The notes beneath the pieces were generated by a model, which worked only from the letters and a program-made list of their open reading frames with translations, was not told the DNA's origin and did not search any database. From positions 46,321 through 66,320 of the forward strand of contig MRSU01001415.1 in assembly GCA_008369845.1 (NCBI GenBank): a DNA stretch of 20,000 bases, read 5' to 3'. Below are positions 1 through 10,000 of the stretch, piece after piece; position 1 is the stretch's first letter; each line of letters starts with the position of its first letter. The stretch is from Trichomonas gallinae (Eukaryota). The position numbers and the translations under genes are program-made.

Positions 1-481
1 AATACGCTGTGAGAAAGCCTTTTCTGAACATGATATTGAATCTTGAACAACACATAATAACGATTTTCTTTGCTGATTCTTCGAAATCTTTAGGATTTAT
101 ATGAACTAATGATGGGTGGTTATTCCATCCTTGAAGAATTTCGTTTAATTCGGAATTAAAAGCTTCAAATTCAATTTCTGGTAAAGATCTTTGCCATATA
201 ATATTTAGTGCGTATTCCTTCGCGAATTTTTCATTTATCCTCTTAAGACTTTTGATGAAATCGAAAGAGTTATTAAACTTTAATATTTCATAGTTCATTA
301 ACCAGCATAAAAGGCTAATTGCTGGATTTGGTATATCCCTTGACCTGAGGTACTCCTCAACGTCATACATATTATGGATGGTTGTACTGAAATCTGTGAT
401 GATTTGTGAAGCATGATCGAGATGCATTCCACACAAAAAAATGAAGTCGTAATGACCCAATATACCATAATAAGTCTTCAT
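1..481 (-). CDS. Partial CDS (3' end beyond the window edge); hypothetical protein, weakly TBC/RabGAP-like
   Basis: Manual translation from ATG at 481..479 gives 160 uninterrupted codons to the window edge (MKTYYGILGHYDFIFLCGMHLDHASQIITDFSTTIHNMYDVEEYLRSRDIPNPAISLLCWLMNYEILKF...AKKIVIMCCSRFNIMFRKGFLTAY). It is absent from the ORF track, probably because no stop lies in the window. The TBC resemblance (IP...LLCWL; FRKGF near where YxQGF is expected) is only a tentative impression. Confidence 0.7.
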   Translation of the reverse strand, partial: MKTYYGILGHYDFIFLCGMHLDHASQIITDFSTTIHNMYDVEEYLRSRDIPNPAISLLCWLMNYEILKFNNSFDFIKSLKRINEKFAKEYALNIIWQRSLPEIEFEAFNSELNEILQGWNNHPSLVHINPKDFEESAKKIVIMCCSRFNIMFRKGFLTAY

Positions 482-489
482 AATTAGTA

Positions 490-924
490 TATAAATAGAA
501 TGGTAGTAATAGGATGTATTTATCAAATAATGGTCCTTTTAATAATCATATTTATCGAGAAAAATTAAAATTATATTTCGAATGGTTTTCATATTTACAA
601 TTTTTGAAATTTTGAAGTATTCTGAAATAGTATCTAATAATGATATAATATTTTAAATTAAAAATCGAAATTAATTTTCAAAAAATTAAAATGTTAAATT
701 TTTGAAATATTTAGGATATTTATATTATGTAGTTTTTATATTTTAAATAAAATTTGCAAAATAATTTAAAAAAAATAAATTGATGTATTTTTGATATAAT
801 TGAGAAATATATATTATATAGTTGTTATATTTGAAATAAAATTTACAAAATATTTGAAAAAAAAATGAAATAATGATATTTCACGGCCATTTCGAGTGTT
901 AAATGAAGGTATAAATAGAATGGT
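490..924. repeat. Exact 15-bp direct repeat TATAAATAGAATGGT (490-504 and 910-924) bracketing an AT-rich spacer
   Basis: Both copies read directly from the sequence. Confidence 0.75.
721..880. repeat. Imperfect duplication of about 70 bp with a 90-bp period
   Basis: tatattatgtagtttttatattttaaataaaatttgcaaaataatttaaaaaaaataaattgatg (from 721) aligns with tatattatatagttgttatatttgaaataaaatttacaaaatatttgaaaaaaaaatgaaataatg (from 811). Confidence 0.75.
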
Positions 925-961
925 TATGATTAATGAAATAAAAATAATTTAAAATTTACAA

Positions 962-969
962 AAAGTGAC
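962..969 (+). promoter_or_regulatory. AAAGTGAC, candidate trichomonad core-promoter motif (M2-like)
   Basis: The motif lies about 50 bp upstream of the ATG at 1018. It matches my recollection of the T. vaginalis M2 element. A second copy is at about 5009-5016, much further from the next ATG (5277). Confidence 0.4.
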
Positions 970-1017
970 AAAAGATTTTGTCCAAGACTTAAAAAAGTGC
1001 CGAGGACCTAAAATCTT

Positions 1018-2181
1018 ATGGGAAGACATAGAACTCACCATGCAGCACAGAAAATGATCACAAACATTCACAAAAAACTCGACAACAAGCGTAACAGAGA
1101 TGTTAAGCTGAAAATGAAGAGAGCAAAATACCAAGAAGGTGTTAAACAGCGCATTCTTCAAAATCAGGCTGAAATGGCTGCTCTTGATGGCCCAGCACCA
1201 AAGGTTCACGAAAAGGTTAGAAAACACATCAACGAGAAGTTCTTAGAAAGAGTACAGGCCGCTCAAACAACATATGATACAATGATTCAACTTGTTGATG
1301 GATGTGACGGTGCACTCATCGTTGTTGATGCTAGAGATGCTGATGCCTGCCGTTTCATCAATGTTGAACACGAATTAACCGAGAAAAAGAAGCCAATTAT
1401 GTTTGTTATGACTAAAATCGATCTCGTTCCTCATGATGCTGCTGAGAAATGGATCTCACACCTCTCACAGGTTGCTCCAACAGTTGCTATTTGCCTTACT
1501 TCCGCCCAAAAAGATTCACCACTAATCAAACAAATCCTCGAATTTACAGCTGAACTCAAGAAAGTTGCTGTTCTCGGCCCACAAAAGCTTGGAAAGACAA
1601 CTCTCATTGAGCTTCTTAACTCAGACAAGTTCGAAGAATGCCCACCATACAAATGGACGCTCTGCGGTGTCGATCTCGCACTCATTGACTCATTCGAGTG
1701 GAAGGGACGTGCCCGTGAGTTCGCAATCTCGTTCATCGAGCGTCTTCTCGCTGCCGAGAAATCACCAGGAATTAATCTTGTCGAAAAACTCGGCATCAAG
1801 AAGCCAAAGTCACCAGGTGACATTCTCGCACAGTTCGGCATCAAGCGTGGTGTTGCCAAGAACGAGGCAGGAGAAGCTTTCGTTAAAGCTCTCAACGAGA
1901 AAGAGTGGAAGTGGGTCGCTGTACCAGAAACAGAGGAAAAGTCTGAGATTTCCGCTGAGCAGGATAAGGAGCTCAGAGCTAAGTGCACACAGAAGTGCGA
2001 GGAGTTCGTCTACATCGGCCAGGATGTTACAATCAGGACAGATGATAACGCGCTTAGATATATCCCACCTGCTGAGTCCTCCTCGGAGTCTGAAGATGAA
2101 GCTCCAAATCAAGGAGAAGAGGAAGAGGATGATGAGCAGCAGGATGCAAACGATGATGAAGAAGAAGAGGATGATGAATAA
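1018..2181 (+). CDS. Nucleostemin/GNL3/Nug1-like circularly permuted GTPase (YlqF/YawG family), degenerate; probable 60S biogenesis factor
   Basis: Basic N-terminus (KKLDNKRNRDVKLKMKRAK) followed by a coiled coil. Motifs occur in circularly permuted order: VVDARD (DAR at 1327), TKIDLVP (G4, 1411-1422), VAVLGPQKLGKT (G1, 1576-1599). A LAQFGIKRG helix follows, and the C-terminal tail is acidic. Confidence 0.8.
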   Translation: MGRHRTHHAAQKMITNIHKKLDNKRNRDVKLKMKRAKYQEGVKQRILQNQAEMAALDGPAPKVHEKVRKHINEKFLERVQAAQTTYDTMIQLVDGCDGALIVVDARDADACRFINVEHELTEKKKPIMFVMTKIDLVPHDAAEKWISHLSQVAPTVAICLTSAQKDSPLIKQILEFTAELKKVAVLGPQKLGKTTLIELLNSDKFEECPPYKWTLCGVDLALIDSFEWKGRAREFAISFIERLLAAEKSPGINLVEKLGIKKPKSPGDILAQFGIKRGVAKNEAGEAFVKALNEKEWKWVAVPETEEKSEISAEQDKELRAKCTQKCEEFVYIGQDVTIRTDDNALRYIPPAESSSESEDEAPNQGEEEEDDEQQDANDDEEEEDDE

Positions 2182-2182
2182 A
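2179..2182 (+). terminator. Stop codon overlapping a UAAA polyadenylation signal (trichomonad type)
   Basis: GAA TAA A. The same TAA+A arrangement ends CDC14 (3939-3942) and the USP gene (13006-13003, minus strand). UAAA overlapping the stop codon is the described T. vaginalis poly(A) signal. Confidence 0.5.
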
Positions 2183-2678
2183 ATTTAGATTAGAATTAGA
2201 TATTTTATTAATTGCAGCCTTTTTTATTATCAACAAAATATGATTTATGTTTCAATTACTATGATATTTGATATAAAATTGGAAACATAAAATGGAAATA
2301 TATGTATTTTCTGATTGAAATATACTATTTGTCTATTATAAAATAGGATTAATTATTTGATTTTGGCTAATTTTGATGTTTTTTAAAGCTTTTTTGCAAA
2401 TTTTCAAAAAAATGGATTTAAAATATGTCAATTATGAAATCGATTTCGTTGAAATTATGAATGAGAATCGAAAAATGAAAATTGTCTATGGATAGATATG
2501 GATGAATGGGGTTAAATGGCAAAGTTAGGAAGGTTTTTATTGAGTATTATTTTTTTGATTTTTGAAAATATCATTATTCCAGGCTAATTTTAAGTTATTT
2601 TTGTAAAGAATTAAAAGTTATTAGCGAATATATGGTTTTTGAAGCAATTCCGTTGTTTTTTTATTTTTTACACAAAAA

Positions 2679-3941
2679 ATGATTACGAAGAAAGTTTTAC
2701 ATAACATTCCTATAGTCGACGATAAAGTCGAGTTTTCGATCCTGGAGCTGCCACCCAGGAATATAGGCAAGTATTTTTATTTTACAGTCGATAATATTCA
2801 AGAATTTCAATATATTCCGTTTTATGAAGATTTTGGTCCTCCAAACCTTTTTCAATTCGTCGAGTTTATCCGTTACGTAGAGAATTTACTTGCAAAACAC
2901 AGAGAAATTCTTCATTTTTATACAGGCCCAAATCCACAAACAAGAACAAACGCTTTTATGTATATCCTCGCATTTAGAATGTTCCATTTAAAGCTTACGC
3001 CTCAGCAAACGATCGAGCCCTACAAATTTATTAATTTTCGATTTCAAGATTTTAGAGATGCATCAATGCTTCCATCAACATTCGATTTAACACATTTAGA
3101 CGTTCTTACAGGTCTTTTCAAAGCTGTTTCATTGAGATGGCTGAATATTAACGAATTTGATTCTAACGAATTCCAAAGAATGAAAGAACTTACAGAAGGC
3201 GACATGAGTTGGGTTATACCAGGCAAGCTCATCGCATGCGCAACGCCATACAGCCATTCTCCGATTGGTGGCGGAATTATCGTTGTTACACCAGAAACGG
3301 CAATTCCTAAGTTCAAACAACTCGGTGTTACAAGGATTATAAGACTCAATCAGCAATTCTACGACTCAGCATTCTTCAAAGAAGCTGGTTTCAAACATAA
3401 CGAATTATATTTCGACGACGGAACTGTGCCTTCTAAAGAGATTGTCGACCAATTCTTCGAGCTCATGGATGCTGAAGACGATGTAGTTGCTCTTCACTGC
3501 AAGGCAGGCTTAGGAAGAACAGGAACACTTGCTGCTTGTTATTTAATACGAAAATTCGAGTTTACGCCACGAGAAGCTATAGCATGGGTTAGAATATGCA
3601 GGCCAGGAAGTATTGTTGGCCCTCAACAGCAATTTTTACTGAAATTTGACCAAATGAAAGAGAAAGAAGCTACAATTAAGCCTCCATCAACTCCTCGTGG
3701 AATGAATCCAATAAATTCATTTAACAATTCTAAAGGAGTCTTCTTGGGTTCAATATTCCCAGATAATTACAAGAATATGACAACAAGAAGATCATTCAAA
3801 CCTACAAAGACTTTAAGAATCCCTCAAACTGCCAGAGGACAGAAAAGAACGCCAATACAGCCTATTTCGGTTAGAACGGCTCCAACTTCGCCAAGACGAA
3901 AGAAAGGATTTAATTATTCGGAATTAATTTATGATGTTTAA
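2679..3941 (+). CDS. CDC14: Cdc14 family dual-specificity protein phosphatase
   Basis: N-terminal DSPn motifs YIPFYEDFGPPNL and FRDAS; GDMSWVIPGK; IIRLNQQFYD; general-acid loop FDDGTVP; catalytic HCKAGLGRTG (Cys at 3498-3500); EAIAWVRICRPGSIVGPQQQFL. Confidence 0.95.
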   Translation: MITKKVLHNIPIVDDKVEFSILELPPRNIGKYFYFTVDNIQEFQYIPFYEDFGPPNLFQFVEFIRYVENLLAKHREILHFYTGPNPQTRTNAFMYILAFRMFHLKLTPQQTIEPYKFINFRFQDFRDASMLPSTFDLTHLDVLTGLFKAVSLRWLNINEFDSNEFQRMKELTEGDMSWVIPGKLIACATPYSHSPIGGGIIVVTPETAIPKFKQLGVTRIIRLNQQFYDSAFFKEAGFKHNELYFDDGTVPSKEIVDQFFELMDAEDDVVALHCKAGLGRTGTLAACYLIRKFEFTPREAIAWVRICRPGSIVGPQQQFLLKFDQMKEKEATIKPPSTPRGMNPINSFNNSKGVFLGSIFPDNYKNMTTRRSFKPTKTLRIPQTARGQKRTPIQPISVRTAPTSPRRKKGFNYSELIYDV

Positions 3942-5276
3942 ACTGTTTATTTGATATGAATTTATTCATGTTTGAAAATATAGTTCAACCCATAAATATG
4001 AAATGATGTTACCTGTAAAATATTTTTCAATAATTTTTTGAGCTGATTTTATGTGACGATAACTCTTATAGTATTGTAGTTTCCTTATGTAATGATTGAG
4101 TTGATGCTCTATTTATGCTTATCTATGTTATATAGAATATTTGGAGCGTGAAATTGATATATAGAACCAAACAAGCTTGTATGATAGGATCAATATCATA
4201 TAGATGATTTAAAGGTCCTAAATATATCAGTGAACAAAATATTTCAAGTTTGACTGATTTCGAAATTAGCAAAATTTTTCTATTCAAACATAAATAGCAT
4301 CTGAACTCGCTTAGAAAATAGGCATATAATAATATATTTCATTCCAAAGAGATGATTATTGATTATGCCAAATCACAAAATTTACCGCAAAAGTCTTCCA
4401 TAAGCTTTTAAATATGTTTTCCTGCATTTTTACATGTATCTACAGCTAATAAATTAGCCAAAAATGATTACATTGAATTAAATCGAGAAAAGAAATCTTG
4501 TCAAATTTGCAATTTTTCTGTACGTTTAATATCAACGTTTTTTATAACCATTTGGAATGTTTTTCTCCAGTGATTTTTAAACTGTTTTTTCTACAGTGAT
4601 TTTTGGGTTTCGATAGTTAAATATTTAATTTTTTCTCGATTGTAAAGAAGTCGATTTTTTGCAACACCAGCAAAGAGAATCAATAAGCTTCTGAAGCCAA
4701 TGGTTTTACAGTTGGCATATAATCAATGTTGTGCATTAGCAAACTCTAATCCTCAAAATAAAGTGATTTTTTAAAATGATTTTTTCTACATTGATCAAAG
4801 ATCTTCGAGTTTTTTTTTTGACAATGTTTTTTAGAATGGTTTTTGTATAATAACCTATGGACTGCTTTCTTATAATGAATTTTCAAATGTTTTTTCTGCA
4901 AAAAATTTTGAAATGATTTTTTAAAATATTTTTATGATGCATGAATTGCAATTTTACAAAGATTTTTGTGAAAATATTTAAATTGAATTAAATTTAACCA
5001 TTTTAATAAAAGTGACAATGATAATCAAACACTCAAAACTGCTCTGAAAATTTGTGTCATGAATTGAAAACTTTCTCTGAACATTTTTCAAAAATAAATA
5101 CATTAAACATAGTAATGAATTTGTAATATTTAGATTTTTGAATTTGCTGTCAATTATTTCAATTCATTATTTAAAAAATTAATTTTTCCATTCTATTAAT
5201 GATGTACAATAAACGAAAGCGAAAAATGCTGATAAAAAACCGAAAAATTTAAAAAATTCAAATAAGGTTAAATTAA

Positions 5277-6365
5277 ATGTTTTTGTTTTCGCTTTTATTC
5301 GTTCATCGCTTTGATACTAGTGGTGAGCTCTATTTCCAACAGGTTAAACATACTGAGTCCAATGTATTCACGGCATTTTCAGAATCATCTTCGCCAACAA
5401 TAACAAATTTTATTCATATCATCAGTGTTGATAGTGACGATGTTGTGAAAAAGTCTACGACTCCTAACCCAAATCCAAACGATGCTTCACATTGGACAAC
5501 ATTGTCAGGGAAAGAAATTAATCAAATTCTTTTTAATACAGACCCGATAAGTGTTTTAATCATACCAAGGACTACACATAGCGTTCTTATTCGTGGTGGC
5601 TACACTAGACCTGATTTGTGTCCAGATGGAACATTATTATCTTTACAGACTTCGTTTGATCTTTCATCGAGGCTCAATAAGCCCAACATTCGCTATCCAT
5701 ACACTTTCTGCGTCATATTTCTCCATTACGAATCACGCGTCATAATCAAAAATACGTTACTTGAAACAGACTCGCTTAAATACGAAACTGGTAAGAATGT
5801 GTTCACAGAAGTCCAAAATGGAGCTTCAATCAGCACAGATTCATCTCTATATCCTTTATATTTAGTTATTAAATTACAAAATGAAGGACAAAGGTCAATG
5901 TCATTATCGATTAACGGGGCAACACCACCAGAAGGTGTACCTTTAGATATATTTGAAGGAGAGCCGGACAATGTTTCCATTATTACCCCATCTAGAACTA
6001 AATACGTTCCTACGAAACATATTGGCACGCCTCCTCCAACACCAGCAGAATCCTGGGATGGTAGATGGCTTGATCCATCAAATGTTATCATTAGAGGAGA
6101 AGAAATTCCCGAAATTCACGAAACTTATCCACCTCTTCAAACAGATTACGTTAAAGCTGAAGTACCAAAAGTCAAAAAGATCGTCACATTCAGTACTGGA
6201 TCGATAATCATCGTTGTTGTTGTTGCATTAACAATTATCAATATTCTGCGAACTTATAACAAAATTCAGAGAGTGAAAGGCGAATTCGAAGGATCTACAG
6301 TAGAATCAGACTTGGATCTCTCTTCTGAATTTTATCTTGAATCATATAGTTCCACAGTGAACTAA
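5277..6365 (+). CDS. Hypothetical type I single-pass membrane (surface) protein
   Basis: Short hydrophobic N-terminus MFLFSLLFV; beta-rich-looking ectodomain with two Cys; Pro/Thr-rich stalk (ITPSRT..GTPPPTPAES); TM segment IIIVVVVALTIINIL; basic stop-transfer residues, then a 38-aa acidic, Ser-rich tail. Confidence 0.8.
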   Translation: MFLFSLLFVHRFDTSGELYFQQVKHTESNVFTAFSESSSPTITNFIHIISVDSDDVVKKSTTPNPNPNDASHWTTLSGKEINQILFNTDPISVLIIPRTTHSVLIRGGYTRPDLCPDGTLLSLQTSFDLSSRLNKPNIRYPYTFCVIFLHYESRVIIKNTLLETDSLKYETGKNVFTEVQNGASISTDSSLYPLYLVIKLQNEGQRSMSLSINGATPPEGVPLDIFEGEPDNVSIITPSRTKYVPTKHIGTPPPTPAESWDGRWLDPSNVIIRGEEIPEIHETYPPLQTDYVKAEVPKVKKIVTFSTGSIIIVVVVALTIINILRTYNKIQRVKGEFEGSTVESDLDLSSEFYLESYSSTVN

Positions 6366-7030
6366 TATATATTTAAAATTGTTTGTAACTTTGCGTTATA
6401 GAATATATAGACAGTGAGATCATTACTCTCGCTGAATATTAATTTAGTATATTTTGTTTATTAAATATTGTTTATGGAATTAGTCATTGATAACTTTTTC
6501 TCATGTATCTAAGCGTCAATCAATCTTTCAATTTATTAAAATCGTTATAATATAGCAAAATATCAAAACATTTCAAGAAATATATATAGCATGCCATTCA
6601 CTTCAATCGTGAGTGAGCAATTAATCAAGGATAAGATAAGCATTAATCATAACAAAGACCCTATAAGAGATATTGAGCTCAAAATTTGGACTTCAATGTA
6701 ACATATGATCCAATCCATATGCAACGTTATATATGTGACACAAATTAAGCTGACTCATTTATCTGGCTGAATTCTCTGTTCATCATTTTTATTTCAATAT
6801 CAAAACCAAGAATTAGGAGAGAAAACAAAATGAAATTTGTAATATTTCCATGCACTTACACTATACACCTTATCTTTATTAGCTATTCTCGATCAAATTT
6901 TGAAAACTTAAAAACAAAGAATTTAACGAGAAAATCGAGTTATTTAGATATAAAATTACATAACTAAGCTATTTTTAGAGCTAAATCAAAAATCTAAAAA
7001 TCGAAAAATTTGTAACGTTTTTTTAAATCA

Positions 7031-10000
7031 ATGTCTTCGGAAGAATTCTCTCATTCAGACAGCTACAAAGGCTACGTGAATAGCATTCTCCAGAGCGTTG
7101 AGGACAGATCTGTGCCTGACCCGGTCTGGGGAAGCAAAATTCCGTCGAATTACGAAGAGTTGAGACAACATTGCCTCCAATTCGTCGACAAATACTCCAC
7201 AACACCGACAATTCAGCCAAAGCCAGTCATTACAACACTTGAGCCGTATAAAACAATCCTTCCAACCTTTACATCAGAATTTATTAAAAATTATCGCGAA
7301 CAAATGATTAGCGAGGTTAGGATGCAGAAATTCAGAGAGCTCTGCCAATATTTCCAATCAAATGCTGATATTTCTCTCGAAGTCGCTCAAGAACATTGTG
7401 ATACGCAAGCTGACGACTTCTCGCAGGAAATTGAACCATTTGGCATCCTCTCTGAAACAGAGCTCGCCAACATGTGCCTTTCTACTATTTATGCTCGCTC
7501 AGAGCATCATCTTTACATCACATCAGTTGCTGAATTAATTACGTATTTCCCTTATCTGAATATTGCCAGCACCACGTCAAACTTTGTCTCTTTGTTCGCT
7601 GCAAATCACAAACAGTTTGCTCCAGGCTCGCCTGAAAGTTCCGGATTTACTCCACCACTTTTAATGACGACAAATGAGCAACTCGATGCCGAATTACAGC
7701 GTCTTGCAGCCAACTTCTCGCTCCAAGTCGATTCTTCGCAGAATGATTTGCTTTATTCGATCAACAAATTATTTATTTCAACAGCTGAGAAGTCTGTTAC
7801 ATGGAATGTGCTCTGCATCAACGACCAAATCAGTGATCCCGCAGCATCATCCGTCCAATTCAAGTTATTTGCCGCTCGCGCGCATATCAACACAAATGTA
7901 CAGCAAAACATCAGCTACATTCCACCACACAGACAGTTACACTTCGTTGAGTCGATGCTCGACTCTTATTCCGACAAAGTCGATGAAATTCTCTGCGGTG
8001 AAGAATCTTTCTTGCATGTCGCCTCCGCGCAGGTTGTTCACCAACACATCACCGAAATCACACGTGGTGCAACACAGCACAACGACACGTCCAACTCGGC
8101 AGCCCAGAAACAGAGCGGAATCATCAAAATGAAATTCTTGAGAGCGCAAATGCTCCGCCAGACGATTATTTCCACTGTAAACTGGATGATGTCCATCATC
8201 AAAGGCATAGAACTCGATCAAAGGGACGCAACGAACCCAGACTGCCTCAACTCAGCATCAATTCTCTTCCAGCGCGATTTGGTTGTCGAATCCAAGCAAT
8301 TCCCGCATTGCATCGTCATCAGGAATCCATCGACGTCACACAACGTCATCTACGAAGAGACTTTAAATCACATGGAGAGAATTCGCAACGATTTACTAAA
8401 CTTCGGCTCCTTCTACATCAGGAAGTGGGAGAAAGAGTGCGGATCACAGATAGACCGAAAATCTATTGTCGAAGATTTGTATGAGTGCGAGAACAAATAT
8501 CAAAACGGAAAGAAGAGATTAATTGAGTCATTGATGGATCTCTACAATAACACGTTCGACCAAGAAATGTGCAAGAGAATCTGTGAGTTCATTAAATACG
8601 TCGTATTCTCACGCCCGCTTATTGCTCTTGACGTCTACGACTATTTCACGATTCCTTTCGACATGAACACGAGAATCCTCGAGTTGCAGGCTGACATTAT
8701 TTCTTCTCAGATGATCAAAACAGTTGATGACTTGGAGCTCGTTTTCAATGCAGTCAAGACTGCTGTTTCTATTATAGCCTTGAAGCAGAACACTTTGAAT
8801 GTCGACGCCTTCGTCAATCTCGAGTACATCATCTGGACATACGTAAGCGATTACAGCCAGAAAATCACAGACACAGAACCAGACTTGACATCCCTTATAG
8901 AAAATGTTGAAGTTTCAATGAGACTTAAAAACATTTTGAGGCCAGGTTCACCGCAAACTGTTGACCAAGTCCCTTACTACGCGAATCTCCAGGGAGTCAG
9001 GTTCGAAGTCATCAGATCTGTTTTGATTTACAGGGCTTATCTGGCTCAGTGCGAAGTGATGAAGGAAGACGTGAAGCAACATCTCCAAAGAACACTTTTC
9101 GCTGAATTAACGTCAGAAGAAATCGACATAGAAGACGCGATGATTCTCGCTGTTGATGAAGTCAAAGAGAGCCAGGTTGAACTGGCTGGAGAAGGCTTGG
9201 ATATAGTTAACAGACTTCAAGCAGTTGAATCTTCACTTTTGGATGCAATCGTCGCTTATAACTTTACTATAACAGAAGCTAAAATCAGAGAAGCTATGTT
9301 CAATAAAGTCGAGTTACCAGAGAATCCGCCAAATTGCTATTCTAAATACTTCTCTAAAGATGAAGTCAGGAAGCTCATCGAGTTTTTGGAGGCGAGAGAA
9401 TATCCACCTTTCCAGTCCATATTCAAACTCAAGGCAAACATTCGCGAATCACTTCAAGTCTTGAATCTCAACGCTGGTTCTCATTTCGACGAGCTTCTCA
9501 ACGCGCAGCAAAAGCAGACGAGTGTCTCAGTGCAATTCTTGCAGAACAGGGCAAGACTTCCTGATGTTATGAAGATCTTGGCATTGTTTGAAACATCGTC
9601 AGACAAGATTCCGACAGTTTTCGACGGCTATTCATTAATCGAATCCGTCCAGCCATCAATGAGAAGAGAGAAAGCACGTGGGGCATTGGAGTTCTACTCT
9701 TTCGTCATTCTTTTGACATTCCTATCATATCACGCTTCGACTCTTGAACAAAGTGTCACAAAAATCCACAAACACCAGAGAAAAGCGAAATATTTCGCCC
9801 CACATTTGCAGTCATTACTCGATGAAACAAACGGTTTGCAAAATGACGCACAAAAGACTCAGGCAGCTAAGACATTCGCCACTGATTTGTTGATAAGAAT
9901 CAATGTCGCTTGCATTGAATCAGGAATCGAATTCGGCAGATCATTCCACGAGAAAGCTGAAGGCACAGCTCCGCCTATATTAGACATCAGCGGAAACTGG

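Noticed and set aside
2086..2178. GAA/GAT-rich low-complexity tract as a separate repeat element
   Set aside because: It simply encodes the acidic tail typical of nucleolar proteins.
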